A stretch of DNA of 59,566 nucleotides, counting the filler, from Sphacelaria rigidula (Eukaryota): the NCBI GenBank assembly GCA_964200075.2. It is 3 parts of 3 records of this genome, joined end to end, with 100 filler letters (N's around TTAATTAATTAA, not from the genome) between each part and the next. Parts side by side here need not be neighbours in the genome. Positions count along the whole stretch, not along the records: positions 19,897 to 39,685 come from CAXNAA020000614.1; positions 39,786 to 59,566 come from CAXNAA020000615.1; 1 more part is not named here. The stretch is one strand, 5' to 3'. A program made the translations under genes and the position numbers. Of this stretch, positions 36,301 to 48,600 are shown piece after piece. Position 1 is the stretch's first letter, and each line of letters starts with the position of its first letter. The notes under the pieces are model-generated. The model saw nothing but the letters and a program-made list of their open reading frames with translations, did no database searches and was not told the origin of the DNA.

Positions 36301-39246
36301 CATTACTCGGTGATAGCTGGTTTGGAACAGCGTGTTTTTTGCTTGCGTTCTTCGCTCGTTTGTTTATTTTTTTCCCACTGTTTTCTTTCCCTTTCTGTCT
36401 TCTATCGTTGATATTGCGGCAGCTTCGCCTCATGCGGAAGGCGGGGGCTTCGCTGCTTGTTCCAGCACATGAGGGGGCACCCTGGTTCTGCCCTCAAGGT
36501 GGGTCTTGGAAAAGTCATGTTCCATTTTTGTTGACCCAGCGGTCGAGCTGAGATGGGTCCTCTTCGTCGCACTTGACGATCTACTGCCTATCTAGAACTC
36601 CGCACTAGGATACTGCCTTGAAAAGAGGATGGTGCCCGTCCTCAAGGAGATGTCACGACAGTGTGAACGTTTGTGCAGTCATCTCCTTTTCGTTGTATTT
36701 CTCCCGTCAATATCGAGAGCCAATTCCCGGTCAACCGCTACACACGTCCGCATGAGTCTGTATACCGACAAAACGTATTGATCGAGGGGGGGGGAGGGGC
36801 GGGGTGTTGAGCAAGGCACTCGACGGGTACGGAAAGCGACCTCAATTTGTTCAGACTGCCTCGTTCGTTCGACGACAAGGAGGTTAGCAGCCGCAAAGGG
36901 GATTAGACGGCACAGAAAGCCCCTGGAAGCGCCGATGAGGGCAGCAATTTTGGGTAGACAGTTTGTACATAAATAATGACGTATTTTTCGCCTGCTGAAA
37001 GTTGCAAACTCATGACTGGTACGCAGATGAGGAAAATTGAAGGTCAGGGAACGAAAGAGAAATCCCCGGCGGGAAAGTTTTTTTTTTTTTTGTTGAAAAA
37101 ACACATTAATTTATGTAGCACCAGTAACAAGAAGAATCAACCATAATCGCTGATCCTGCTTGGGAACAGGATTATGTCGATCAGTAGTTTGGCTACAACG
37201 TTATCAAGGGTCGAAATGGTGCGAATTGTTCATCCAATGCCTGGCAAAGAAATCGTCAAGCTCATACCAGGAAAGAGATACCTCGAGATGAAGAGCTTGT
37301 CCCGGGGAGGGGGTGGTATTGAACGTACGACGAGGAATCATAAGCGCATCCCATCCTGTGCTAGGTGTTTTATCCGGCTACTCGGCTGATTGCTTCCCTG
37401 CGTGTTGCGGCTTCGATGCAGATGGGCGAGCGGGGGATGAGGGCCTGGAAGAATACATCGAAGCAATAGAGGAGATGGGTACCACGACCAATCAGGTGAA
37501 CGGTGTACGTGGATTCTTCGAACTGTGGGGATCTACTTACCCACCACTAACACTCCATTTAGCAGGCACTTGGAAAAAAAAGAAAGAATATGCAAAATAT
37601 GTACTTGAGCTCAGAGGTACTTGTAGACTGAGGGAAAGAATAGACCCACCGCTCGAAAATCTTTCAGGTTTAAAGGGACGAAGTTCGTCAGCAAATGTTG
37701 AATTCATGACAACATTATTTCAAAGCACAAAAAGTTCATACGCGGCTCGTGTATTGCAAGTTTTAGCGTTTGACCTCCGGGGGGCGTCATCTGTGTCTTC
37801 TGTTGACCGTGTAGGAGAAACCAGTGCAGTAGAGTTTATTTACCCCGGTTTCAGCGTAGACCATCATATTCAGATCTTTACCGGGCTCACAGTTCCAAGC
37901 GCCGCCCAACGTGCGCCCAGCATGCGTAGCACGCGCTTTGCTCAAATCGGTGCCTGAGGCGCCGGTTTGAGCCAAAACAAAGGACATACGCGAGACCACA
38001 TTGCAAGGCGTATACCGTTGGAGAGATGGGGTGAAGTTCCCATGAGATCACGGCCTCCCCAGGAAGGGAAAGTACTGGAAGTGCGCCAAGAGAGAAAAAA
38101 ATGAATCACTTCTGCCGGACGGTGAAGAAATTCCTGTGCCGTAGTGTGTATGTGAATGCTGCCGTTTACATGTTACCACATATACTGGAACTCCGAAAGC
38201 AGTATAGCCCATCGCAAGCAGTCACTGTGGTACGATTACAGCACATGTATGTTGTGCAGGGCGAAGCAGATTTGAACCACGTGCAATTTTTGCACCGCCT
38301 CTACTGTCCATGAGCACGTCGGCAATTAGATAGCCCACCCCAATATGCAACTCAGTCGGTGGACCCTGCCACAAAGTCAGATGCCTACGTTTTCGCCAAC
38401 AAGAAGAAACACACGCCAAAAGTGTGGTGGTGTCGGTTTCCTGTCACTGCAGTGTATGTACCCCTGTGCTCAGTTCGTGGTATATGTACCCCTGTGCTCA
38501 GTTCGTGGTATATGCCGCAGGGTTGAGTAGGTAGCTGCGAATGAACCATTTGGGTTTTGCGTAATTCTGTGAAAGGGCAGTATCTGGTGCGATTGTCTGC
38601 AACACATGAGTTACATGCCCTTTCGTTTATTCCGCCGCTCGTTTCGCTCGAAAAAGCTACCATTTTCTGTATTTGACCCTGCCCGTCGCGCGCAACTGAT
38701 TATAAGATTGACTTTGAGCCATCTGAGAACATGAATGCCGTGGGCGTACCTCGTACGACCTCGTAGCGCACTAATTCGATTCGACCGCACGTTTTCAAGT
38801 CGACTTTCTTTAATAAGACACGGCCTGAGATCATTCAAAATGGACACAACGAAGAGCGTCATTAAAAACGCCTGCGCTCCGGGTGCGATACATTTTTCAA
38901 GAGGGGAGAATCGCAAGTTATCACGAGATAAAATGTGCAACATTTGAAACCTCTACACAACCAACGTTGAAGACACACAGGACGCAACAGGACCTCAGCA
39001 AAATCATCAACATATCCTCGAAACAAAACATTACAATACACAACATGGCAGGCCGGAGTCTTCTCCGCACACCAGATGGGATCTTGTCGCCTGAGCGCCA
39101 CACGGGAAGGAGGCCCGCTCCGAGAGTCGGGCGAGACTTGGGAATGTAATGGTCTATTCGTGGCCGACGCATCCGTCTTCCCAACCTCTCTTGGTATCAA
39201 TCCCATGATAACCGTGGAGGCCGTTGCTTACATGGTCGCCGAGCAG
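21351..39246 (+). CDS. GMC oxidoreductase, long-chain fatty alcohol oxidase/dehydrogenase-like; partial (5' exons and last exon not located)
   Basis: Exons 21351-21425, 21803-22078, 23657-23843, 24849-24933, 30952-31062, 34599-34653, 36423-36498, 37422-37495 and 39052-39246 join in frame via GT-AG introns. Motifs: VVVSGGAIHTPAILLRSGL..P.IGRHLRLHPV, GYGAVIETPPMHPGL, GRDRSS, FSAHQMGSCRL, GLFVADASVFPTSLGINPMIT (GMC_oxred_C His/Asn catalytic motifs). The N-terminal FAD-binding part is presumably in or beyond the gap at 19797-19895. Confidence 0.88.
22190..23485. mobile_element. Cluster of four 5'-truncated LINE copies: 22190-22285 (-), 22483-22548 (+), 22566-22808 (+), ~22833-23485 (+)
   Basis: All share the same 3' terminus. 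The longest copy encodes an ORF2 C-terminus-like peptide (22930-23322) with the CCHC motif CPCGEAIESRTHVMAKC. Nested lengths fit 5' truncation. Confidence 0.85.
24190..24325 (-). mobile_element. Degenerate fragment of the type-2 SINE
   Basis: GGGGATCAAACC...CCCCGGTACA...GATTGGATCATG...CACTTCTGCATC aligns with 30622-30736. Confidence 0.55.
25279..27394. mobile_element. Non-autonomous TIR element (~2.1 kb)
   Basis: ~85-bp imperfect inverted repeats at 25279-25364 and 27311-27394 (TGAGGATGGATTT...CCTTGG...CATAAGCATCGAAATA). No transposase is visible. Confidence 0.65.
25998..26560. mobile_element. hAT-like MITE nested in the TIR element
   Basis: TIRs CTAGGTCGTGTTCTGCAGGGTACGG / CCGTACCCTACAGAACACAACCTTG. 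Flanks ACATGTTC / ATATGTCC fit an 8-bp TSD at 6/8. The interior is built of CAGAACTGTCGGGTACCGGTATGAAAGT-like repeats. Confidence 0.75.
30569..30736 (-). mobile_element. 5'-truncated copy of the type-2 SINE
   Basis: Reverse complement aligns with 33256-33420 (ACGAGAGTTGACGCG...GATCCAATCCGCGAG...GTACCGGGGGAGA...CCCTTGAGAC). Confidence 0.75.
31776..33082. repeat. 42-bp minisatellite in two blocks (~31776-32220, ~32660-33082)
   Basis: Unit GTACATGTTTCCCACCTTTCATTCATACGAGGTGAATCAAGC; starts near 31817, 31859, 31901, 31943, 31985, 32027 and 32069. Confidence 0.9.
33099..33420 (+). mobile_element. tRNA-derived SINE (tail type 2)
   Basis: Starts GCCCCGG, A-box-like CGGTGTAATGG, B box GGTTCGATTCC (33151-33161). 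The body recurs inverted at 30569-30736 and 24190-24325. Confidence 0.75.
33764..34329. mobile_element. Solo LTR of a different family
   Basis: 566-bp TG...CA segment flanked by an exact 5-bp direct repeat GCTGT (33759-33763, 34330-34334). AATAAA near 34239. No similarity to the 41876 LTR. Confidence 0.55.
38455..38510. repeat. Perfect 28-bp tandem duplication
   Basis: TATGTACCCCTGTGCTCAGTTCGTGGTA twice. Confidence 0.9.
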
Positions 39247-39685
39247 GTGAGGTTTTCTGTTGCAGGGTGTACCTTTGATTCAGGGAAACAGAAAGTAGGT
39301 TCGGTGTGCGAGAGGACAGCGGTGTCGGGATTTCAGCCGATGAATCTGAAGTGGGGGGTACGCCGACTTGATGCTTGTGAAGTTCTAATGCGGGTCAGCA
39401 GAGGTGACTTGTCGGGTGAGCTGATTTGTGTCAAATTTCACGCCAAACTATCCCTTGAGCGAAGAAGTACGTTACCGTTAGCGCTGTTCAACGTCTCCAA
39501 ACTCCGCAGAAATTCTCGGGGATATGAACTCGGATCCTTGTTCCCCCCCCCTTTGTAGGGGCGGACCCCAGATGGGGTTGGCGCCTGTTGGCGATGACGC
39601 TACAAAACACGCCACTCACTACGGAAGTCGAGCTAGATCATGTTGTGCGGCGTGGAGAACCTCAACTCCGCACAATGGGGATGAT

Positions 39686-39785
39686 NNNNNNNNNNNNNNN
39701 NNNNNNNNNNNNNNNNNNNNNNNNNNNNNTTAATTAATTAANNNNNNNNNNNNNNNNNNNNNNNNNNNNNNNNNNNNNNNNNNNN
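39686..39785. other. Assembly gap with artificial TTAATTAATTAA linker
   Basis: 44 N, linker at 39730-39741, 44 N. Confidence 0.95.
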
Positions 39786-41875
39786 CCATCACCAATGAGT
39801 ACCCCCCCCCCCCCCCCCCGCGCCGTGCCAGCGATACCCTTACACTAAATCACGGCGACCACCATTCCCATCATTCCCAGGCCACATCGTCACACCCTTG
39901 ATTACTCCGCCGCCGAGGCATTCGCCGATGATGTCGAGGTTACCAATTCGAACAATGGCGCCACCGCCTTTCAACGCCGTTCCGCATTCGACACCGGAAC
40001 CATCGGTGCCACCAACCACACGACCGAATTCACCTCCGATATTGAACAGTTCTTCGCCGCCATCGCCTATATCAGAGGTATCATCATCAACGACTCAACG
40101 TCAACAGGACCATTCCCTCTCGCCGCTGCCTGAGAAGGTCACCAAGAATCTGGATCTAAATATAGATCCTCGGCAACCGAGGAGAACATAATGAAGGTCG
40201 GCCCAACATAAAGCCGGCAAGGTGGGGGGGAGCACCTTCGCCCTAGTCCGTCAGAAGACCTATCGTAAACGGTGGTTAGGTTTCCGGCTCCGCTCCTGGT
40301 GGCCGTCGGTTGGGTACCCTGTCGGGTAGGATTAGGTTCCTTCTTTTCGGGTGGAGGGTCGGTTTTGCTTCGTGGCGTCACGGGGTCGTCTCCGGGAGGG
40401 GAGGGGAAACAAGTATTGACCCGCGGTACTTTTCGAGGGGTGGAGTTGTCGTTTCTCGAGGCAAATGCCTCTTTTTCCTGCCACAAGCACCGTTGGAAAT
40501 CCAACAGGAGCTCGGCACGGGTGTCCTAGAAGCAGTTATGACACGTTATAAATTCTGGGGCATTATCCCCCGCCGACAGGTCGAACAGGGGTCTTTTGAC
40601 AGGGGTGGCTGTGCACCCGTCACAGGGCTTTGACGAGGATCTTCACGCAGGTGCGACCGTCGGCGTGGGGTGCGCCATGCGGTGGTATGAAGTGCTGACC
40701 CCGATGTCCACGACACACGCAAGGCAGAGGAAGGGGACCCGTTCCCGGGCTCGGGACTGGCTTTGCCCCCTGGGATACAGACACGTGGGTGGTGCAGAGA
40801 GCACCTGTTGATGTCGAACGAATCGGAAGAAGGACGAAGGGACGGTTGCGCAACGTTTAGCGAGGAAAGTACTGAAGAAAACACAGTTGTACTGTGAGCG
40901 AATGCGTGGCGAACGGTGTTGAAAGCAACGATTTCAAGTAGGTAGAAAAAGAAGGAAGTAAGTGGATAATAAGTTGCTTTCGGTAGTCAGGTTACGAGCT
41001 GCGCCAGTCTGACCCGTTTTTAGGCGGTTGATCACCTTTGCACGTCCCGTCTAAGAGTCGAAAGCTGAAATATGAGGGGTATTCCTTGATGAACTTACAG
41101 TGGTAAAACCACCGGCCTTTTAGTAACTGTGGCATTCTATACATGCAAGTACAGCATGTAGGAGTATATTGTATTGCGTTAACACAAAGAAGGTAGCAAG
41201 TCCCCTTCTAGCGACTCGTTCCCCATGTGTGTTGAATCGTGGGCTGAAAATGAGTGGTGTCAACTCCTATGCCAAAGTACACCGAACACATGCATAAATA
41301 GGCTGGGAACCTGACCAGTTGATACTGTATATCTTCATTGTTACTGGTGTTAAACTGGAAATGGCTGCGAGAGCGCCAGTTGTCCAGTTCATCTGGAGGT
41401 GTAGGGCCAATTGTTGTTACTGAGGTTTTTGTATTAGTTTTATTATGAGTAGTTTATAACAAAGAAACACAATATAATTAGACTGTACGATTGAAGTCTG
41501 CAGTCTACAGCAGAACAGGTACCACAAACTTCGTTGGTGCCTAGTTGTTCTGCAATTTTCATCTATCAACGACAACAGGTCGGTCGACGGTTGGTCAGTT
41601 GAATGAGGAAAACGAAATATAGAAGTGTGATTTTACGACGGCGGGGCGCTTGATGCAGAAGTGCTGAACGCCAGACCCCAATTGTCAATTGCATGAAGAG
41701 CGCTGTGAACGTGATGTAGTATATACCCACTACACCTCGTGATGTAGCAGGTATGTACCGAATCCGAAACAAAATGACGGTAACCGGCGATCACAAAATA
41801 CACAAGCATTCTATTCAACGAGCCGTGGGGAGAAATTGCGCTCTTTGTCCCAAGGTACTACCAGCCTTGGCATAA

Positions 41876-42327
41876 TGTCATGAAGATGCATATTAGCCTG
41901 TTGCCATGCCGCTTCAGACCCGTTGTCGAGTCTGGCTATCGGTATTTCGGGTATTCCGGTATCCAAGACTGCAGGTCTGTTCAGAGTTGGTCGGGCACGA
42001 ATATGAGGTTGTACGTGGTAGAGATGGCGACGGCTAGGTTTGCATAATAGCAGATGTAGCACCTACCATTTTACTACCATCTTCTACCCTCTTCCAGCAA
42101 AGAAGTTCAACATCGGTGAGACTGATTGCCTGAGCGTGAGATTGGATTGTATGACGGGATACTTCTGAAAGGTGGAGACCAGATAATAAAAAAAAAGAGG
42201 GAACTGCGTGAGACTTTATCCAGTGACACGCTGTGTGAGGGTCTGGTGCTGGACTGTGCGATCTGAAGATTTTCCACTTTGCCCTGTAAGCCTGTGCTTG
42301 CTATAACAGCGCCGCAATCTCATTTCA
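41876..42327 (+). repeat. 5' LTR of the Gypsy element
   Basis: TGTCATGA...TCATTTCA; aligns end to end with 57499-57952 (roughly 90% by eye). Followed after 2 nt by TGGCG at 42330, a possible primer-binding site. Confidence 0.9.
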
Positions 42328-43157
42328 TTTGGCGTTTGACAAAGGAGCTTTTTTTTTGTAATTGCGTTTCCCTTCTAGACACCGATTGCATCCCTGCTTG
42401 TCGAGCTGCGTGCGCGTGGTTTTGTTGCACTCTTTCACCTTGTGGTTTTTATATTCTGGTAGCCGAACCTAGATAGTCAGTCGTTAGCTACTGCGAAGCT
42501 TTCACCCTGTGCGCTACATCGTACATAGTACTCGTGACTTGCAGCTTTTGCTGCTTGCTGCTTGCTGCTTGCTGCAGCGTTTGACTGCACGCCTTGAGCA
42601 TGCTCGAGTCGCACCAACCCTGCCTTGTCATGTTGCTGCGTATTTCGTAAAAATACATACCTGCACCTTGCACTGGTCGTGCGTGTATTACACCTGCACA
42701 AGGTCCAAATCCCTGATCGTTCACTACATAACGGCCACACCCCCTGCCAGCACTGCCTTGCGTACTTGGCTTTGTTGCCCCCTCCCGTCTGGCGGCACAA
42801 GTCTTGTGCTACAGGTTTGTTACAGGACACCAGTGCACAGGGTGCACCGTTACTTATAGTCAGCCGCTGCTCCTGATCTGAGCTCCTTGCCAAGTCAGCG
42901 ATCTGACGCTTTCATATTTCAGTATTGATTGTACACGGCTGTCGCATCTTTTGTTCACGGGTCGCTGAGTAACACATCCCGTGCTCTCAAAACAGGTGAC
43001 CACGGCCGCCTGTACACAAGATTTGTGACTTTTTCGGAATTTTCGCTGCGTCGCGATCTACGTCACCCATAGCTACGTTTTTGTTGTTGTTCTCTTGTGG
43101 TGTACTTCGCACATCTGTAACACACGTGGACGAATAGCACACTGTGGGGCACGTCTA

Positions 43158-43328
43158 CAGGGTTCAGGGAAACTGTGCAGTGTTTCTCGCGGGGATGTGG
43201 CTGTAGGTTGTTTTTTTGCGCCCGACAGGACGCTTCACAGGGTTTCAGGGAAACTGTGCAGGGTTTCTCGCGGGGATTTGACTGTAGGGTATTATTTTGT
43301 GCCACACAGGGCGCTTCACAGGGTTTCG
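43158..43328. repeat. ~80-bp tandem repeat in the Gypsy 5' leader
   Basis: ACAGGGTT(T)CAGGGAAACTGTGCAG.GTTTCTCGCGGGGAT... twice plus a partial third unit. Confidence 0.85.
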
Positions 43329-44004
43329 TCACTCCGTGTAGAATTCATCGCTGTTAATATGCTGTACAGCCTTTGCAGCGCACATACAAAATACTCCATA
43401 CAGAATGGGCATGGTACTGGCAGAAAAAAACGGTCAAGAAATGACGGCAGTGGGATTCGAACCCACGATTTCGTGTTTTGAAGTACATTAATGTGTACAT
43501 TTAGCTACCTGGCTCAGTTTAGTGTGACGAATATTTTGTCCTTGTAATAACTATCGAGCAAGAATCTATCTAAACAAAAGCATACTCGCTTGAGTGATTT
43601 TGGTAGACTGCGCACCACGGGGTTTTCAAAAGCAATGTGAACTGATATGCGAGGCATATACCGTTCCACCAGCATCCTATCACGCCAAGTTTGTACTTGA
43701 AGCACAGGTGTAGACATACACACGTAACCAATGTGTGGGATCTCTACTCAGCGAAAGCTGTTGAGAAATATTCATCCTTTGGGTCTATAGGATGAATTGC
43801 TCTCAACAACTTTTGTTGCGTGTATAACCCTATACGCTGGTAACGGTGCAGTTTGCGGGATATGCACAGCTGACGCTGCTTGCAATAAATCTCTTTCCCC
43901 CAAATTTCCGAATGAGATTGGATGGCAAAGTGAAGACATATTTTGAGCTTATTCTGCTGTTCTAATTCCAAATCTGCCAGTGTGCATGGGATTTGTGCAG
44001 TAGA

Positions 44005-44240
44005 ATAAGCTGTTCGGAATAGATCCTTTTTTCCCCCCAATTTAAATGGGCGAAAAAAGGATATATTTTGAATAGGTTCTTCTGCTGTTTGAAATAAATT
44101 CTTTTTTTGCCCAAATAAAATAGGCGAAAAAAGAATCTGTTTTTGATAGTTTCTCCTGCTGTCCGAGATAAATTCCTTTTTGTCCGATTCAAATCGAGCA
44201 AAAAGAGGATTTATCTCGGACAGCAGGAGAAACTATTCAA
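44005..44240. repeat. Tandem palindromic (foldback-like) units ending in a perfect 28-bp-arm hairpin
   Basis: ATAGTTTCTCCTGCTGTCCGAGATAAAT (44146-44173) is the exact reverse complement of 44209-44236. (TA)n follows at 44243-44267. Confidence 0.85.
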
Positions 44241-45697
44241 GAATATATATATATATATATATATATACAGATTTTATACCAAAATACTTTGGATTTTTCG
44301 AAATTGGGAAGGCCTCTCCACAGGGTTGCTTGCAGGGTTTCGACAAAAACGCTATGCAAAATGCTATTACAGGTACAAGGGTTTGCAAATGCTGCACAGG
44401 GGTTTTCACAAAGACTGTGGAGAACCTTGTGCAGCTCGTCCTACAGGGTGCTAGTTGTCCACGTGTGAAAGCAGCGCTGTACATCACCGTGGTGAGTAGC
44501 AATACACAGCCCAACAGACTGTGAGAGTTTTCTCATTGACCCCCTCTCGGCCAAATAATAATTAATTGTTCCGAGACAGTTTCGTCGCGATAACACTCGT
44601 TTGTAACATTCCAGACCTACGTTACGTGCTCAGTTGGAGGAGACGGCACTCGAAACCAGTGCCCCTTGTCTGTGTACTCCTTTTTTTCCGCACCCGCCCT
44701 CAGCGTTGCCCCTGCTGCGCACAACTTCAAGTTTGTTTCATATACGTACATTGTCTCAACTCCGTTGTGTAACAAGCTTTCGCCCTGTACTGCGCAGTAC
44801 GATCTTGCGGTCTACATCCCAAGCTTTGTTGAAGCTTTTGTGCTGCCCTACGCCGCACGATCTTTCGATGCTCATTTCAATTTTTCGTCGAACATCGCCA
44901 GTCGTTTCTCAGCTTGTGCCGGGATAATACAGTTATAGTCTGCCCTTGGCGCCACAACAGGAACACGTGTGAGTTGTACTACTTTCACGTACCAATGCTA
45001 CTACAGACGATTGGATTTTTGCCTTTTTCGACGCCGTACGTCTGTTCTGTGCGCAATCCCGAGCTTCCGTTGATGGCTATTACCGCCACAACTTAGATAG
45101 TTGTATTGACCAGAACTCCAACACTGTTTTCACATACAGCAGTTAGCTTGAATAATGATACTCGAGTTCATCAGGTTCCGAAGGTCCCTCCAGGGGCTAT
45201 TAGGCTTCATTATCCCGTATTTCCGGATGCAAGCTTCGGCCGTTGCACTTAGCATTAATTCCGTGTCACGCTCCTTTGATTAAAGCCCGACGACCATGTT
45301 CCTTGATACGTGATCCGTAAACAGGGACAGCTAGGCACGACTGATGAAGTCGATCAAAGGACACGGCTGAGCCGATCATGTTGTTGTAAAAGAGTAGTAT
45401 TACATAGCTTGACTAAGCAAGTCAAGGAAGGAAAGAGAAGGAAGAAAACGGAGTGAACTCGTGTGGCTACTCAAACCCGTGGTAAGCGGAGTTCTCAGAC
45501 ATTGCGTACGTGAGTACAAGACATACGCCTACTATGGTATCAAATCCCACCGCATGTAACTGTCACAACCCGTAAAGATGGATACCTCTGTACCGCGGCT
45601 GATCAGTACTGTAGACTACACTGAAAAGGCTGTTCACCTCAACAGACCAGACACACTGCTCCTGCCTTTTTAAGCACACAAGTTTCGTACGACTATC

Positions 45698-48600
45698 ATG
45701 CCGCACAGAAATAACGCTGGCTTTTCCCCTCGAATGGGAAACCAATCGCTTCGTCGGACACGAAGTCAAATCACTGGCGGTTCGAAATCCTTTGATATGA
45801 GTGTCACGTCACCTTCAACTCTTCGACGCACGTGCGCGAGCGCTGGTCGATCTTCGGGATCCCAAGACCAACCTTCGAGCGATGCTCGTTCTTCGAGGCT
45901 TGAAGAAAAGACTATGACGCCGCGACCTGTTCTCTCACGTACCGATTCGGACTCAGAGAACAGGCTTGTGCCACCGGCTGAGTCATTGGCTCCTGACGGA
46001 CATGTCAGTGAACCCATTACGGTGGACTCCGTAGCACCCCCCTCGCTGCGGCCTGTTCTTCCGAATCTCGATGTGGAATCCGAAGTCAGTATTGTGCCAC
46101 CAGCTAAGTCCTTGCCCCTGGACACACGTTTCCAGCTTGGTCCTGTAACGGTTGCTTCAACCGTGGCACCCCGTCGCATGACGGTTGACAACTCTCGAGA
46201 CGACTCAGTCCCGACGAAGCATATCGCTTCTGGAGCAAGAGATTTTGTCACGCGGGCTGCTTCCGTTACGAACCCCCATCGCACGACTCTCGGCAGTCCC
46301 ATGCGCCCTGCTGTGCAGTCCAACGTCGGACCAGCAGTCGCGGCCATGCATTCTGCACTGCAGAATATGCATCGCACTTCATCGGTGTCGGCGCACTCGC
46401 CAGCCTCAGCTCTCATCGAGACATTTACGGCTTTTTGCCAGGCTACGTTCCAAGACGAACCGGCGTCTGCTCACGTGAAATTCAACGATGGTTCTGCACC
46501 TGCCACGCCCAAACCCGTACGTTTGGCGCCCCGATCGGCGATATCGCGTCCTCCGTTCGTCACTCATGAAAAATTCAACGAACACGAGTCCAGCCCCTCC
46601 TCGACGTCAAACCAAAGTCTTGCAAGCGCTCCTGACCGGCGCCGCACACCGACAGTTGGTCACGACCACGTCACCGGTGCTGGCAGTTCCAAGGAAAACT
46701 CTTAGCAAAGCTTGACTTCATCACGCATTTTCATACCCTCGAAGAATGTCGCTCATGATCGCACATATGACGGTAGAGTCATCCTACGATAGGGGGGGGG
46801 TTATTTTGGGCCACTTCTTGCACGAAATTCCAAGACAAATCGCCGCTGAAATCAGCAGCGGTTGCTCGAACGAGCTTGTTCCAGATACATAACGCCCATT
46901 CATACCGATTGACACCGTTTTGAACCAAATACAAGCGCATCGCGGGTGTTGCAGGTCATCTGACACACTTATCATCTTTTTTCTTCGTGCACCCAAATAC
47001 CTCCCCCCCCCGTATCGTACGACGACTCGGTAGTTCACGCCACAGTTCCAATTCATCGCGCGCGCCGAAGCGCCCGGTTAATGCCAACCGTGACCGCACT
47101 CACGAGGATAATTCGCGGCACAGATCAAGTTCATCGCGCGTTTACTCGCGCTCGAAGGACACCGATCATGCAATCGCGCGCACCCCTCCTGCTCCGCATC
47201 TTCACGCCGCCGTCATTCACGCGATGATAACACTGTACATGCTGGCGATATCGAAAAAAATATTTTCGGATATGTCACCGGCTGCGGAATCCTCAGTTGA
47301 GGGATTCGGCCGTACTTCATCGCAAAACCGACGACCCCACAATGACCGCGAGCCACCGTCCCGCACTGACGCTGCGATTATTCATTCACTTCAATAACGA
47401 TTGACAGACCTCGAGCGACAACTATCAACAATGGAGAACTCAAGATCCACTGCCGATGCCGCCAAGACCACGGTGGAGACCACCGGCGTTACTGCAACTA
47501 CTGCTGCCGCTACAACTACCGCTGCCGCTGCTGGTACCTTGGCCGCTGTGCCTCCTGCCACGCCAACTACAGCCATGGCCCCAGCACCCGTAGCCGCCCC
47601 GTCTGCGGTCGATACCGACGCAGATAGTGGTCCAACCACTGGCCCGGTCGCGGGTGCCCCCGTGCGCTCGCCCCCATCTCTGGAGGATCTTCCTCCGCTC
47701 GGCGACGAGCATTGCCCTACCGGTCTTCTGTTGAGACTGTTCGGGAACTGCCCCCTTGCGCAACAACTGGAACTCATTGATGATTATGCCTCGCGAGCGC
47801 CGGCGCTGGCGAAGGATGTACTTGAGCAACAAGGGGAGGCCGACGCCGATGCGGTACGCATCCTCGCCGAAGAACACGCTGTCAAGCATCAAGACCTCCA
47901 GCGCCAGGCTACACGTGCGGAGACAACCACCTTCGCGGCTTAACGCGCTCTACAGGAAGGCCGCACTGCTGCGTTGGCGGCTTAGAAGCGCGTCAAGGAC
48001 CTCGAGGATCATGTCGGCAGCACTGCCCATGACGCGGCCACGTCGGTGGCCCGTCTCTCAAACCATCCGGCCTCTCCGCCGTCCATCGGCAACACGCCCG
48101 GTGGTCGCTCTTCCCGCCAGGCAACGACCGACACGTCTTTTCACGTGATCCCACGTAAGACCAACAGCACGTCGTGTGCTGCGGCCGCTGCCGTCCTCAC
48201 GACGGCCCCGACACGCCCGCCTCGTGCACCTAGCTCGGCGGCCGATGCCCGCCTGACGCCAGGTCTGCAACTGGCGCCTCACGAACGAGTGTGGCTTTCT
48301 CGTTCCGCGGCGATCATACCGGCCCGTTCCACAGAAGCAACCACCTCCATTGCTCCCGCGAGGCCTGGAACCTAATTTCGCAACGCTTGCTTCACGTTAT
48401 TGGTGTTTACGTTGAGCAGGGCGGCTTCTTCCCCGACGAAGGCGTATCGGCTCTCACCTTGGGTCAACTAGTCCTTCAGATGACTATCGGCAATTGCCCG
48501 AATCACCAGCGTTACGTCCGCGCTGTCACCGATCGTTTTGCGGCGCTACGCGCCGCTTACAACCCTGATCCCGGCGCCACCATCGTCGACGATGACCAAG

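Noticed and set aside
39559-39597. Possible last GMC exon (GRTPDGVGACWR*), or the alternative at 39881 (ATSSHP*)
   Set aside because: No homology support and an assembly gap lies between them; the terminal exon cannot be assigned.
45102-45545. LTR-like TGT...ACA segment and TGGTATCA (Met-tRNA PBS-like) at ~45535
   Set aside because: No TSD, no second copy in the window, and the PBS-like match is short and not adjacent to an LTR end.
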